A DNA stretch of 64,000 bases, from NCBI GenBank assembly GCA_963845515.1, contig CAWJSR010000028.1:64001-128000 (forward strand). The letters are read 5' to 3'. Below the pieces are notes generated by a model. That model did not search any database. It saw only the letters and a list, made by a program, of their open reading frames with translations, and was not told the origin of the DNA. Each line of letters opens with the position of its first letter. Positions within the stretch are counted from its first letter, which is position 1. Origin of the DNA: an uncultured delta proteobacterium (GTDB lineage Bacteria > Myxococcota > Myxococcia > Myxococcales > Anaeromyxobacteraceae). The position numbers and the translations under genes are program-made. Below, one piece after another: positions 30,501-40,572 of the stretch.

Positions 30501-33500
30501 CGTCCGTCTCGGGCTCCTCCTTCACCTTCGAGCTCGCCCTTCCGGAGGGTAGCTCCGACCTCCAGGCGACCGCGGGCGACTATCTCGGCAACGACTCCGC
30601 CCTCTCGGCGGCGGGCGCGGTCGTGGTCATGGTCGATCGCACGCCGCCATCGGCACCGGTCGTCACCTCCTACGCGGCGCCGACGAACGCGGCCCCGGTC
30701 CCCGTGGCCGTGACGGCGGCCGCCGGCTCCATCGTGCGGCTCTTCGTCGACGGCACCGAGCGGACGACGATGACCGAGGGTGCGGCCGGCATCTTCGCGG
30801 CGACGCTCGACCTGCCGCTCGACGGCACCTACGAGCTGAGCGCGACTGCGACGGATGCGGCGGGAAACGCCTCCGAGGCCTCTGCCATCGTGACGCTCGC
30901 GGTCGACCGGGCCGAGCCCGTCGCCCCAGTGATCGACGTCGTGACGACCCCGACCGCGGCGAAGCCGGTGCCGATCCTGGTGACGGCCGACGAGGCAGGC
31001 GTCACGCTCGCGCTCTGGCTCGACGGCGCGGCTACCGCCTCCGCCGGGCCCCTCGCCGGGACGACCCACACCTTCGACCTCGATCTGGACACCGGACCGC
31101 ACCAGGTCTGGGCCTTCGCGACCGACGCCGCGGGGAACGAGAGCCTCGTCTCCAACACCGTCGCGTTCGACGTGGACCTCGACCCGCCTGCCGTTCCGAC
31201 GGTCGAGCCGATCTCCAGCCCGACCAGCCTGCTGCCGGTCCCGGTGGTCGTGACGGCCGAGGCCGGCTCCACCGTCGGCTGCAGGTGAACGGAGACCCGT
31301 CCGCCGCCACGCCGGTCTCGGTCTCGGGCACCACCTTCTCCTTCGAGCTGACGCTCGCCGAAGCGACCTACGCGATCAGCGCGACCGCGGCCGACTCGCT
31401 CGGCAACACCTCGGCGCTCTCCGCCCCCCGGAGCGTGCTGGTGGACAGGACGAAGCCGTCCACCCCGTCCGTCACGGCGGGGATCCCTGCCGTGACCCGG
31501 ATCCCGCTCGTCACGGTGACCGGCACCGCGGAGGCCGGAAGCACCGTGAGCGCCACCGTCTCGGGGACCGGCCTCGCCCCCACGCCCGCCCCAGTGGTCG
31601 CGACCGGCGGTGCCTTCTCGATCGACCTCGACTTCCTCGCCGCCGGCTCACTCGACGGCGACTTCCAGGTGGTGCTGCACGCCACGGACGCCGCCGGCAA
31701 CGTCTCGGATCCCTCGCCCGCGGCGACCGTCAGGCTCGACCGCGACGCGCCGGACGCGCCGGTCGTGCTGTCGAGCGCGAGCAGCGCGAGCCCCGTGGTG
31801 ATCAACGTGACGGCAGAGGAGGGTGCCACCGTGGTGCTCTCGATCGACGGCACCCCGCGCCCGGACATCCTCCCGGCCTCGGTCCTCGGCACCGACTACT
31901 CCTTCCAGGTGGCGCTCGCGACGGGCACGTACCTCGTCGGGGCAGTCGCCACGGACCCGGCCGGCAACGCGAGCGGCCAGTCGGTCGACGTCTCGATCGA
32001 CGTGGACAACAGCATCCCCGCGACGCCGGTGGTCACGGTTCCATCGCACACTGCGGCGGACCCGATCCCCGTGACGGTGACCGCCGATCCCGGCATGACC
32101 GTGGTGCTGTACGTCGGCGGCAGCGACTCGCTGCTCGTGCCGACAGTCTCGGGGTCCACCTACACCTTCGCGCTCGTTCAGGGCGAGGGGACGTACGTCC
32201 TCACCGCGACGGCGGAGAACGGCGCTGGAACGGTCTCCGCCGCCTCGGCCGCCAAGGTCGTCGTGGTCGACCGCACGGCACCCGCCGGCGCGCCGTCGAT
32301 GGATCCGCTCCCGGTGGTCACGAGCGCAGCGGGGGTGACGGTCTCTGGCAGCACGGAGCCCTTCGCGACGGTGACGATCCAGGTGGCCGGAATGACCCCG
32401 GTGACCGTCGCGGCCGATGCCTCCGGCGACTACGCCGGCTTCGCGCCGCTCCCGGCAGTCGACGGCTCCTACGACGTGACGGTGCAGGCGTCAGACCAGG
32501 CCGGCAACTCCTCGCCGCTCTCGGGCGTCGTGTCGCTGGAGGTCGATCGGGCCGGACCGTCGACGGCTCCCAGCATTGACCCGGCGCTGCCGGCGCGGAC
32601 CAACGCGCCAGCCGTGACCGTCTCGGGCACGACGGAGGCGAACGCGACGGTGACTGTCGTCGTCGCGGGGATGCCGCCGGTCACCACGACCGCTGACGCC
32701 GACCGGCCACTATACGGTGGACGTGCCGCTGCCAACGGGCGCGGATCGACGGCTCCTACGACGTCACGGTGAAGGCGACCGACGTCGCCGGGAATGATCT
32801 CGCCGATCTCGCCGCCCGTCACGGTCACGGTCGACAGGATCGGGCCGGTCGCCCGCGCCCACGATCGAACCCGCCGCTGCCGTCGCTCACCAACGCTCGC
32901 CAGTCCGTGACCGTCGCCGGTACGACCGAGGCGAACGCCACGGTGACCGTGCTGGTGAACGGCGCGATCGCCGTCACGACGACCGCCGATGGCGTCGGCG
33001 CCTACTCCGTCGCCGTGCCGCTGCCGCCCGCCGACGGCTCCTACGCCGTCACCGTCAGGGCGAGCGACCTCGCCGGCAACGCCTCACCCGTCTCCGCGGC
33101 GACCGACGTGGTCGTCGATCGGACGGCGCCCTCCGCGGCGATCGTCACCGCGCCAGGCGAGGGCGTCTCGCTCCCGCCCGGGACGATCTCGATCACCGGC
33201 ACGGCCGAGCCCGGTGCGACGGTGAACGTCGTCGTGGACGCCACCCCGCACGCCACCACGGCGGACGCCTCCGGCGCCTTCCAGCTCGACGTGGAGCTCG
33301 CCGCGGGCAACCACTTCGTCACCGTGACCGTCGTCGATCCCGCCGGGAACGCGTCGGCCGGCGTCGACCGCTCCTTCGTCCTGGCGACGCCCCCGGCGTC
33401 CGATTCCGGCGGTGGCGGCTGCGGCTGCGGTCCCGGCGGCGCCTCGGCGCCGGAGGGGCTGCTCCTGCTGCTGGGCGGCCTCGGGCTCTTCCGGCGCCGC

Positions 33501-33533
33501 CGGGTGCCCAACCCTGCTAACCTCCAGCCCTGA
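27539..33533 (+). CDS. Giant (about 2000 aa) surface protein with bacterial Ig-like repeats and MYXO-CTERM-like tail; broken by many frameshifts
   Basis: Signal peptide, then successive ORFs 27539, 28321, 29222, 29945, 31285, 32769 with repeated ATATDAAGNxS...VDRTAP units. Ends GGGGCGCGPGG...LLLLLGGLGLFRRRR. Confidence 0.8.
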
Positions 33534-33907
33534 TGAAGGTCCTCCTCGTAGACGACACGCGCACGCTGCTCTCGCTGATCCAGGTCTACCTCCTGGGGTG
33601 GTCGCTGGAGTTCCTCGAGGCGCGCGACGGCATCGAGGGGCTCTCGAAGGCGCGTGAGCAGAAGCCGGACCTGATCATCTCCGACATCAGGATGCCGGGG
33701 ATGGACGGCTTCGAGTTCTGCGCGGCGGTGCGGGCCGATCGTGCGCTCCACGGCGTCCCGTTCATCATGCTCACCTCGCTCACCGACGAGATGAGCCGGC
33801 GCAAGGGGAAGCTGGTGGGGGCCAGCGCCTTCCTCACCAAGCCCATAGCCCCCGACCAGCTCCGCGGCTTCGTCGCCGAGCTCCTGAAGCTGCCCGCGGC
33901 GAGGTGA
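33533..33907 (+). CDS. Single-domain response regulator (CheY-like)
   Basis: LLVDD, DIRMPGMDG, LTS, FLTKP; TGATG overlap with the surface-protein gene. Confidence 0.92.
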   Translation: MKVLLVDDTRTLLSLIQVYLLGWSLEFLEARDGIEGLSKAREQKPDLIISDIRMPGMDGFEFCAAVRADRALHGVPFIMLTSLTDEMSRRKGKLVGASAFLTKPIAPDQLRGFVAELLKLPAAR

Positions 33908-33911
33908 CGTC

Positions 33912-34457
33912 TTGGCTGCCGCGCTTCCGCCGGGTGACTCCGACGCCGCGGACGGCCTCCCCGCCAGCGCACGCACCGACCGGGACCCGGAGCGCCGCCG
34001 CTCGCTCCTGGAGGCCCGTGCCCGCGCCATCGCCGAAGCGCGCGAGGCGCCTCGCGTCGAGGGGATCCCGGTGCTGGCGTTCCAGCTCGGCGGCCGATCC
34101 CTCGCGGTCGAGGTAGCGGCCGTCGGGCAGGTCGTGGAGGCGCGCGGGATCTGGCCGCTGCCGGCCAGCCCCCCGTGGTTGATCGGCGCCCTGGTCGCGC
34201 GAACCCGCATCGTCCCGGTGCTGGACCTGCGGCCGATCCTGGGGCTTCCCGCGCACGGCACGTCGCAGCTCCGCCGGGTCATCGTGCTCGAGTGGGCTGG
34301 GGAGGCCTACGCCATCGCGGTGGAGCTGCTCGACGGGCGGCGCGACGTCCCGAGCGGGCAGGTGGTGCCCCCCGGGCCCGGCCCCTTCAAGTGGGCCACC
34401 TCGGACGGCCTCTCCGTCCTGGACCTCGACGCGCTCGCGCCGCCGGTCATGGGGTAG
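33912..34457 (+). CDS. cheW: CheW-like adaptor
   Basis: VLAFQLGG...LPASPPWLIGALVARTRIVPVLDLRPILG. Confidence 0.85.
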   Translation: MAAALPPGDSDAADGLPASARTDRDPERRRSLLEARARAIAEAREAPRVEGIPVLAFQLGGRSLAVEVAAVGQVVEARGIWPLPASPPWLIGALVARTRIVPVLDLRPILGLPAHGTSQLRRVIVLEWAGEAYAIAVELLDGRRDVPSGQVVPPGPGPFKWATSDGLSVLDLDALAPPVMG

Positions 34458-34461
34458 CCAC

Positions 34462-36898
34462 GTGCGCGCCGACGTCCTCAGCCAGATCTGGCCGGTCTTC
34501 GTCGCAGAGGCGCACGAGCACGTCTCGAGCATCGGAGAGGGAGTCCTCGCGCTGGAGGGGACCCCCGGGCAAGTGGAGGCGGTCGACGCGATCCGCAGGA
34601 CCGCGCACGCGCTCAAGGGGTCTGCAGCGAGCCTCGGCCTCTCGGACATCGAGGTGCTCGCGCACGGCATCGAGGAGGTGCTGGCGGGGCTGGACGTCTC
34701 GGCGGGGCTCGGCCGCGCCGCCGTCAAGTCGATCCTCCACGCCCTGGAGGCGATCGACGCCGCCCTGACGGGCGCCGACGTCGGCGGCGAGCCGCGAGTC
34801 GCCGATCGGGAGCTGCTCCTCGCGGCGCTGCAGGAGGCCAGCGGCGAGGACGCGGCGCAGGCCGCGCGCGAGCCGCCGGCGGTGGAGCGGTTGGAGCGCG
34901 CGGTCGAGCGGCTCTGCACGCCGCTCGACGCCGGCGAACGCAAGGGCATCGCCGCAGAGGCCGCAGCCCTCGCCGCCTTCCTCGGCGGGCGCGCCACCGG
35001 CGCGGTCGCCACGCTGGCGGACAGGCTCGCCGCGGCCTTCGACGCGCTCTCGTCGCGCGGACGACACCGAGGCGGCGCGGGGCGCGGCCCGGGTCGCCGG
35101 CGAGCTGCTGCAGCTCAAGGACGCGCTCGCGAGCAGCGCGGCGGCGCTGGCCGCGGTCCAGACCGCCGAGGCGGCGCAGCGCGCGGAGCGGGAGGACAAG
35201 GCCGTCAGGGTGCTCGCGTCGACCCTCGACTCGCTCGCCCGGCGGCTGGAGCTGCTCTCGCTCTCCGAGTCCAGGCACGGTCGGCGCGCCCGCGAGGTCG
35301 CCGAGGCAGAGCGAGACCTGCGAGAGGGCATCGCCGCGATCCAGGGGGCGAGCCGGGCCCTCGTCGACGCCGGCGTGGACACGGGACGGGCCGAGCTCGA
35401 GCTCGCGACCGCGCGGCTCCATGCCACCGGCGGTGACCTCCGCCGCCTGGCGCGCGAAGGGCAGCGTGAGTCCGAGCAGCAGCGGCTCACCGGCGCGATC
35501 CTGCGCGAGGATCTGCGCGCCCTCCGCATGGTCCCGGCCGCCCTCGCCCTGGAGCCGGCCCGGCGCGCGGCCCGTGAGGTGGCGCTGCGGCTCGGCAAGG
35601 AGGTGGAGCTCCACGTAGAGGGCGGCGACGTCAGGCTCGATCGCCACCTGGTGGACGACCTGCGGGCGCCGCTCATCCACCTCGTCAGGAACGCGGTGGA
35701 CCACGGGATCGAGTCCGCGGAGGTGCGGCGCGCGGCGGGGAAGCCGGGGGTGGGGCGGGTCGTCATCCGCGTCGAGCCACGCGGCAGCCGGGTCGGCGTC
35801 GTCGTGGAGGACGACGGCGCCGGGATCGACCTGGCAGCCGTGCGCGCGGCCGCGGTGCGGGGCGGCCACGTCGGGGCCGACACGGCCGACCGGCTCCCGG
35901 ATTCCGACGTGGCGCGGCTCGTCTTCGCGCCGGGGCTCTCCACGGCAAGCACGGTCACGACCGTCTCCGGGCGCGGCGTCGGGCTGGACGCGGTGGCGGA
36001 CGCGATGGGCCGCCTGCGCGGCGCGGTGGAGGTCAGGTCGACACCCGGCGGCGGCACGCGGTTCGAGCTCGACCTGCCGCTCGCGCTGGCGGTGACACCA
36101 GGCATCCTCGTCAGGATGGGAGAGATCACGGCGATCCTCCCTGGCGACGCCGTCGAGCGCGTCCTGCTCCTCGAGCACCTGGGGGAGGCGACCGCACGCG
36201 GCGCCGTGCGCGTCGGCGACGTCGAGCTTCCGCTCGCCCCGCTCTCCGGGCTCCTGGGGTTGGCCGTCAGGCCGCCGGCGACGAGGGCGATCGGCCTGGT
36301 GCTCGCCCTCGGCAGCCAGCGGGGAGTGATCGTCGTGGACGAGGTGCTGGGCGAGCAGGAGGTCGTGGTCGCCGCGCTGGGGGGGCACGCGTCGCGCGTG
36401 GCCCACCTCGCGGGTGCGTCGCTCCTCGACGACGGGCGCGTCCTCGGCGTGCTGGCGCCCTCGGAGATCCTGCGCAGGCTCCGGCCCTCGCCGCTCGCGC
36501 CGCGCCCCGTCGCCGCCGGCCGCTCGGCGATCGTGGTCGACGACACCGTCGCCGCGCGCACGCTCATGGCCGGGCTCCTGGAGGCGGCCGGCTTCGTGGT
36601 GCGCATCGCGCACGACGGCGAGGCGGCCCTCGCGCTGCTGGAGGAGGGCCCCTGCGACGTCCTCGTCTCGGACGTCCAGATGCCCCGCCTCGACGGCCTC
36701 GGGCTCGCGCGCCGCCTGCGCGAGGATCCGCGCTGGCGCGCGCTGCCACTCGTCCTGGTCTCGACGCTCGATGGTCCCCAGGACGTGGAGGCGGGTGTGC
36801 GCGCGGGCGCGACCGCCTACCTGGCGAAGCGGGAGCTGGCGGGGGACGCGCTGGTGCGGCTGGTCCAGCGGCTGCTCGGCGAAGGGCACGGGCGATGA
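34462..36898 (+). CDS. cheA: Hybrid CheA (Hpt-HATPase-CheW-REC); frameshift near 35050-35060
   Basis: RTAHALKGSA, LRMVP, HLVRNAVDHGIE, SGRGVGLDAV, LLDDGR and a C-terminal REC (DVQMPRLDG). Confidence 0.9.
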
Positions 36899-37688
36899 CC
36901 CCACTCGACCTCTCGGCGCCGGAGCTGGCGGAGGTGGCGCGAGTGCTGGCGCGGGCCACCGGCCTGTCGCTCGGGAGCGGCCTGCTGCGCACCCTGCACA
37001 ACAGCCTCAACTCGGCGGCCGAGGAGCTCGGGATGTCGGGGATGGCGCTGGCGCGCAAGGTGATCGCCGGGGATCCCCACGGCGTCGCGATGCTCATCGA
37101 GCACGCGGTGGTCGCGGAGACGTACTTCTATCGCCACCCGGAGCAGATCGCCGTGCTCGCCAGGCACCTCCAGCGAGCGGGAGGGACCGCTCAGGATCTG
37201 GTCGGCTGGCTGCGCTACGGGCGAGGAGCCCTACTCGGTCGCAATGGCGCTCCTCGACGCGGGACGCAGGGTCGCCGGGGACTCCATCGTCGCGACGGAC
37301 GTCTCGGAGCGCGCCCTGCGGGCCGCGCGGGTCGCGGTCTACACCCCCTGGTCGCTGCGCCGGATGCCGGACCACCTGCGGTCGAGCCACCTCGCCGAGG
37401 AGGAGGGCTGGCGGGTCTCGGAGGAGGCGCGCGCGCTCGTCGAGTCTCCGGCGCCACAACCTCGTGGCCGACCCGCCGCTCGAGGGGCCCTTCGACGCGA
37501 TCCTCTGCCGGAACGTGCTCATCTACTTCGAGCCGCCGACCGCGGCCGAGATCCTCTACCGGCTCTCCTCGGAGCTGGCGGTGGGAGGCTACCTGCTCCT
37601 CTCCCCGGTCGAGCTGCCGCTCGCGTCGGCGCTCCCGCTCGAGTGGCTCGAGGACGGCGGCGCGACGCTGCTGAGGAGGGCGGAGTGA
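36895..37688 (+). CDS. cheR: CheR methyltransferase; frameshifts near 37180 and 37445
   Basis: ETYFYRHPEQ, RIWSAGCATGEEPYS, ATDVS, HNLV, CRNVLIYF spread over three frames. Confidence 0.85.
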
Positions 37689-37695
37689 TCGAGCG

Positions 37696-39051
37696 CTACC
37701 GGTAGCTCGCGTGGAACTTCGCGAGCCGCTCCACCACCGCGCGGAGCTTCTCGGTCGGGGGCAGGATCGTCGTGCGGAAGTGGGCGGTGCCGGGAAGCTG
37801 GCCGAAGCCGGTCCCCGGGGCCACGCAGATGCCGGTCTGCTCCAGCAGCGCGAGGCAGTACTCGTCGTCGTTCCTGCCGGGCGGCAGCGTGATCCTCGGG
37901 AAGGCGTACATCGCCCCCGCCACCACGTTGCACTGGATCCCCGGGATCCCGTTGAGCCCCTCGGCGAGGAGCCCGGCGCGCGTGCGCAGCTCGGACAGGA
38001 TGTGGTCGCGCTCCTGCTTCCAGAGCGGGTGGCTCGCCTCGCCGGGGCGCGGCGGGCGGACGAGGCAGTAGGTGGCGACCTGCCCCGGCACGTTGGAGCA
38101 GAGGCTCACCGACTGGAGCTTGGTGATCTCGTCGGCCACGTCCCCCGGGACGTTGCGAAGCTCCATGTAGCCGCCGCGGTGGCCGCACTCCCCGAGGTAG
38201 CCCTTCGAGCAGGAGTGGAAGCTGAAGAGCGAGACGTCCTTCGCCTGCTTCTGCTCGAGCACCTTCGCGAAGGAGGTGAACCGGTCCTGCGGGAGGTAGA
38301 CGTTCTCCTGGTAGACCTCGTCCGCCAGGATCGACAGGCCGTGGGTCCGCGCGAAGTCGACGACCATCGCGACGTCCTCGGCGTCGAGCACCGAGCCCGT
38401 GGGGTTGCCCGGGTTGATGACGCAGATGGCCCTGACCTTCACGCCCCTCGCCCGGGCCTTGTGGATCGAGTCCTCCAGGACGGCCCGGTCGAGCTTCCAG
38501 TCGCGCGCCTCGTCGAGGTAGTACGGGACCTGCTGCCCCTCGTAGAGGGTGATGGTCGCCGAGTAGAGCGGGTACTGCGGCGTCGGGATCATGATCCCGT
38601 CGCTCGGGCCGGAGATGAGGATCCGGAGCGCCGACTGGACCCCCTTGGAGGCGCCGTCGGTGAGGAAGATCGCCTCCGGATCAGTCTCGATGCCGTCGCG
38701 CTCCCTGATGAACGCCGCGACCGCCTCACGGATGAACCGCACGCCCTTGCTCTCGGAGTACGCGCCGACCCCGTGGCCCGTGCCGGCGAGGACCGCCCGC
38801 GCCGTGGCGACGACGTCGGCCGGGAAGGCCTTCGGCGCGAGGTCGGCGAGCTGCGGGTACTCGCAGAGCGCCAGCACCTGCCGGAACCAGGTCACCGGCT
38901 TCTGCTGCAGCGACTGCGGGTTGCCGATGTTGCAGTAGATGATCTCTCGCCCCGAGCGCTCCAGCTCCTGCGCGCGCGTCACGATGGGGCCGCGGACTGC
39001 GTACTCGGTCTCGCGGACGGCCTTGCCGACTTCCTGGAGCGTGATTGACAT
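37696..39051 (-). CDS. Alanine aminotransferase, eukaryote-like subfamily (PLP class I/II)
   Basis: EYAVRG, CNIGNPQ, YPLYSA, INPGNPTG, ADEVYQ, SFHSCSKGYLGECGHRGGYME, HFRTTILP. Confidence 0.9.
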   Translation of the reverse strand: MSITLQEVGKAVRETEYAVRGPIVTRAQELERSGREIIYCNIGNPQSLQQKPVTWFRQVLALCEYPQLADLAPKAFPADVVATARAVLAGTGHGVGAYSESKGVRFIREAVAAFIRERDGIETDPEAIFLTDGASKGVQSALRILISGPSDGIMIPTPQYPLYSATITLYEGQQVPYYLDEARDWKLDRAVLEDSIHKARARGVKVRAICVINPGNPTGSVLDAEDVAMVVDFARTHGLSILADEVYQENVYLPQDRFTSFAKVLEQKQAKDVSLFSFHSCSKGYLGECGHRGGYMELRNVPGDVADEITKLQSVSLCSNVPGQVATYCLVRPPRPGEASHPLWKQERDHILSELRTRAGLLAEGLNGIPGIQCNVVAGAMYAFPRITLPPGRNDDEYCLALLEQTGICVAPGTGFGQLPGTAHFRTTILPPTEKLRAVVERLAKFHASYR

Positions 39052-39162
39052 TCGTTCACCCTGTCGAAGGGGAGGCAGCATAGCGCGCCCCGACGCGGCC
39101 TGCGAAGGGGCCTACGGCAGCGTTGCGGCGAGGCCGCGCCTTGGGTAACGTCTGCCGCCGAA

Positions 39163-39327
39163 ATGACCAGGAAACAGACGAACATCGCCATCGCAGTCCT
39201 CATCGCCATCGCCGCGGGCGCGGCCGGCGGGTACCTCTACCGGCGCCACACCCATCCGACGTTCGAGGAGCGGGTCAAGGACGCCGACGCCGACCTGAAG
39301 AGCGCGTTCGAGAAGATGACGCGCTGA
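39163..39327 (+). CDS. Small single-TM protein (54 aa, below the ORF track cutoff)
   Basis: MTRKQTNIAIAVLIAIAAGAAGGYLYRRHTHPTFEERVKDADADLKSAFEKMTR*; host-like codon use. Confidence 0.7.
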   Translation: MTRKQTNIAIAVLIAIAAGAAGGYLYRRHTHPTFEERVKDADADLKSAFEKMTR

Positions 39328-40572
39328 TCACTGCGCGGGCTGCACGCCGTCGAGGGCGCGCACCACCGCGCGCGCCACGGCGCCGTAGTCGCCACCGAAG
39401 TGGTGCCCGCCGCCGAGCTCCACGAGGCTCGCGCCCGGGTGCCCGCGCAGGAGCGGACAGAGGCTCTCGTCGGCCTCGTCGCGGCCGAAGAGGCAGACCA
39501 CCGGGGTCTCGGCCAGCCGCTCGACGTCCGGGAGGATCGGGCGGCCTCCCGCGCGGCTCGAGAGGAAGTCCGTGACGTGCAGCTCGAACGCGGCCGCGCG
39601 TCCCGGTCCGAGCAGCGCGACCACCTTGACCCGTGCGCGCGATCCGCTGGGGAGCAGCGAGACCGCCGCCGGGAGGACGTCCGCCCCGCGGGAGTATCCG
39701 ATCAGCGCCACGTCGCTCCGGCCGAGCGCCGTGGCGTAGTGCTCGATGATCCGGCCGAGGTCCCTCGCGAAGGACTCCGGGGTGCGGCGGGTCCAGAAGT
39801 AGGAGAGGGAGTCGAGGCCGACGACCGGGAGCCCCTTCGCGGCCACGGCCGCGGCAAGCTCGCGGTCGATGCCTGCCCAGCCACCGTCGCCGGTGACGAG
39901 GAGCGCGAAGGCGCCGCGGCCAGGAGCGGTGGCCGCGACCACCACGAGCGGCAGGTCCGCCACCTCGGGCGCCGGCGCCCGAGTCGCCGCTGCGCGGGCG
40001 CCCGCGTCGAACGAGGTCACCGCCGCGCGGAGCGCCGTCGGGTCGCGCGACGGCAGGTCCACGCGGGCCGGTGAGGGGGAGCGCGGGCCGGCGCTCCCGC
40101 GGCAGAAGGCGAGGGGAGGACTCGGCGAGGCGTGGGCTCCGAAGCCGACGACGCCGAGGAAGGATCCCGCTGGGGCTTGCGTCATGGCGGCCAGCGCAAC
40201 GGTCGCGCCGGTCCCTTCGCCAACCAGGATCGGCCGCAGGTAGGCCGGGAGCCCCAGGGCCTTCTCGAGCGACTGCGCCAGCGACTCGAGATCGCCGGCC
40301 GGGTAGGCGCAGCGATCGCCCCGGACGTGCCGGACCCATCGCTGCGTCGAGACGACGAGGACCAGCGCGCCGTCCCGGGCGAGCGCGACCAGCGTGGGTC
40401 GCAGCGCCGACGACTCCAGGTCGCCATCGGCGGCGAGAAAGAGCACCACGCGCGCCGGGGGCGTCGGCGGACGGACCACCGCCACCGGGCCGAATCGCCC
40501 CCCGAAGATCGCCTCGACGGAGGGAGCCGCGGCGGAGCCCGCCAGGGCGAGCGCTAGCAGGGCCCACGTCAT
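39328..40572 (-). CDS. acvB: AcvB/VirJ family lysyl-phosphatidylglycerol hydrolase
   Basis: TGDGGWAGID, DSLSYFW, GYSRGAD, GGHHFGGDY; coupled to mprF. Confidence 0.88.
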   Translation of the reverse strand: MTWALLALALAGSAAAPSVEAIFGGRFGPVAVVRPPTPPARVVLFLAADGDLESSALRPTLVALARDGALVLVVSTQRWVRHVRGDRCAYPAGDLESLAQSLEKALGLPAYLRPILVGEGTGATVALAAMTQAPAGSFLGVVGFGAHASPSPPLAFCRGSAGPRSPSPARVDLPSRDPTALRAAVTSFDAGARAAATRAPAPEVADLPLVVVAATAPGRGAFALLVTGDGGWAGIDRELAAAVAAKGLPVVGLDSLSYFWTRRTPESFARDLGRIIEHYATALGRSDVALIGYSRGADVLPAAVSLLPSGSRARVKVVALLGPGRAAAFELHVTDFLSSRAGGRPILPDVERLAETPVVCLFGRDEADESLCPLLRGHPGASLVELGGGHHFGGDYGAVARAVVRALDGVQPAQ

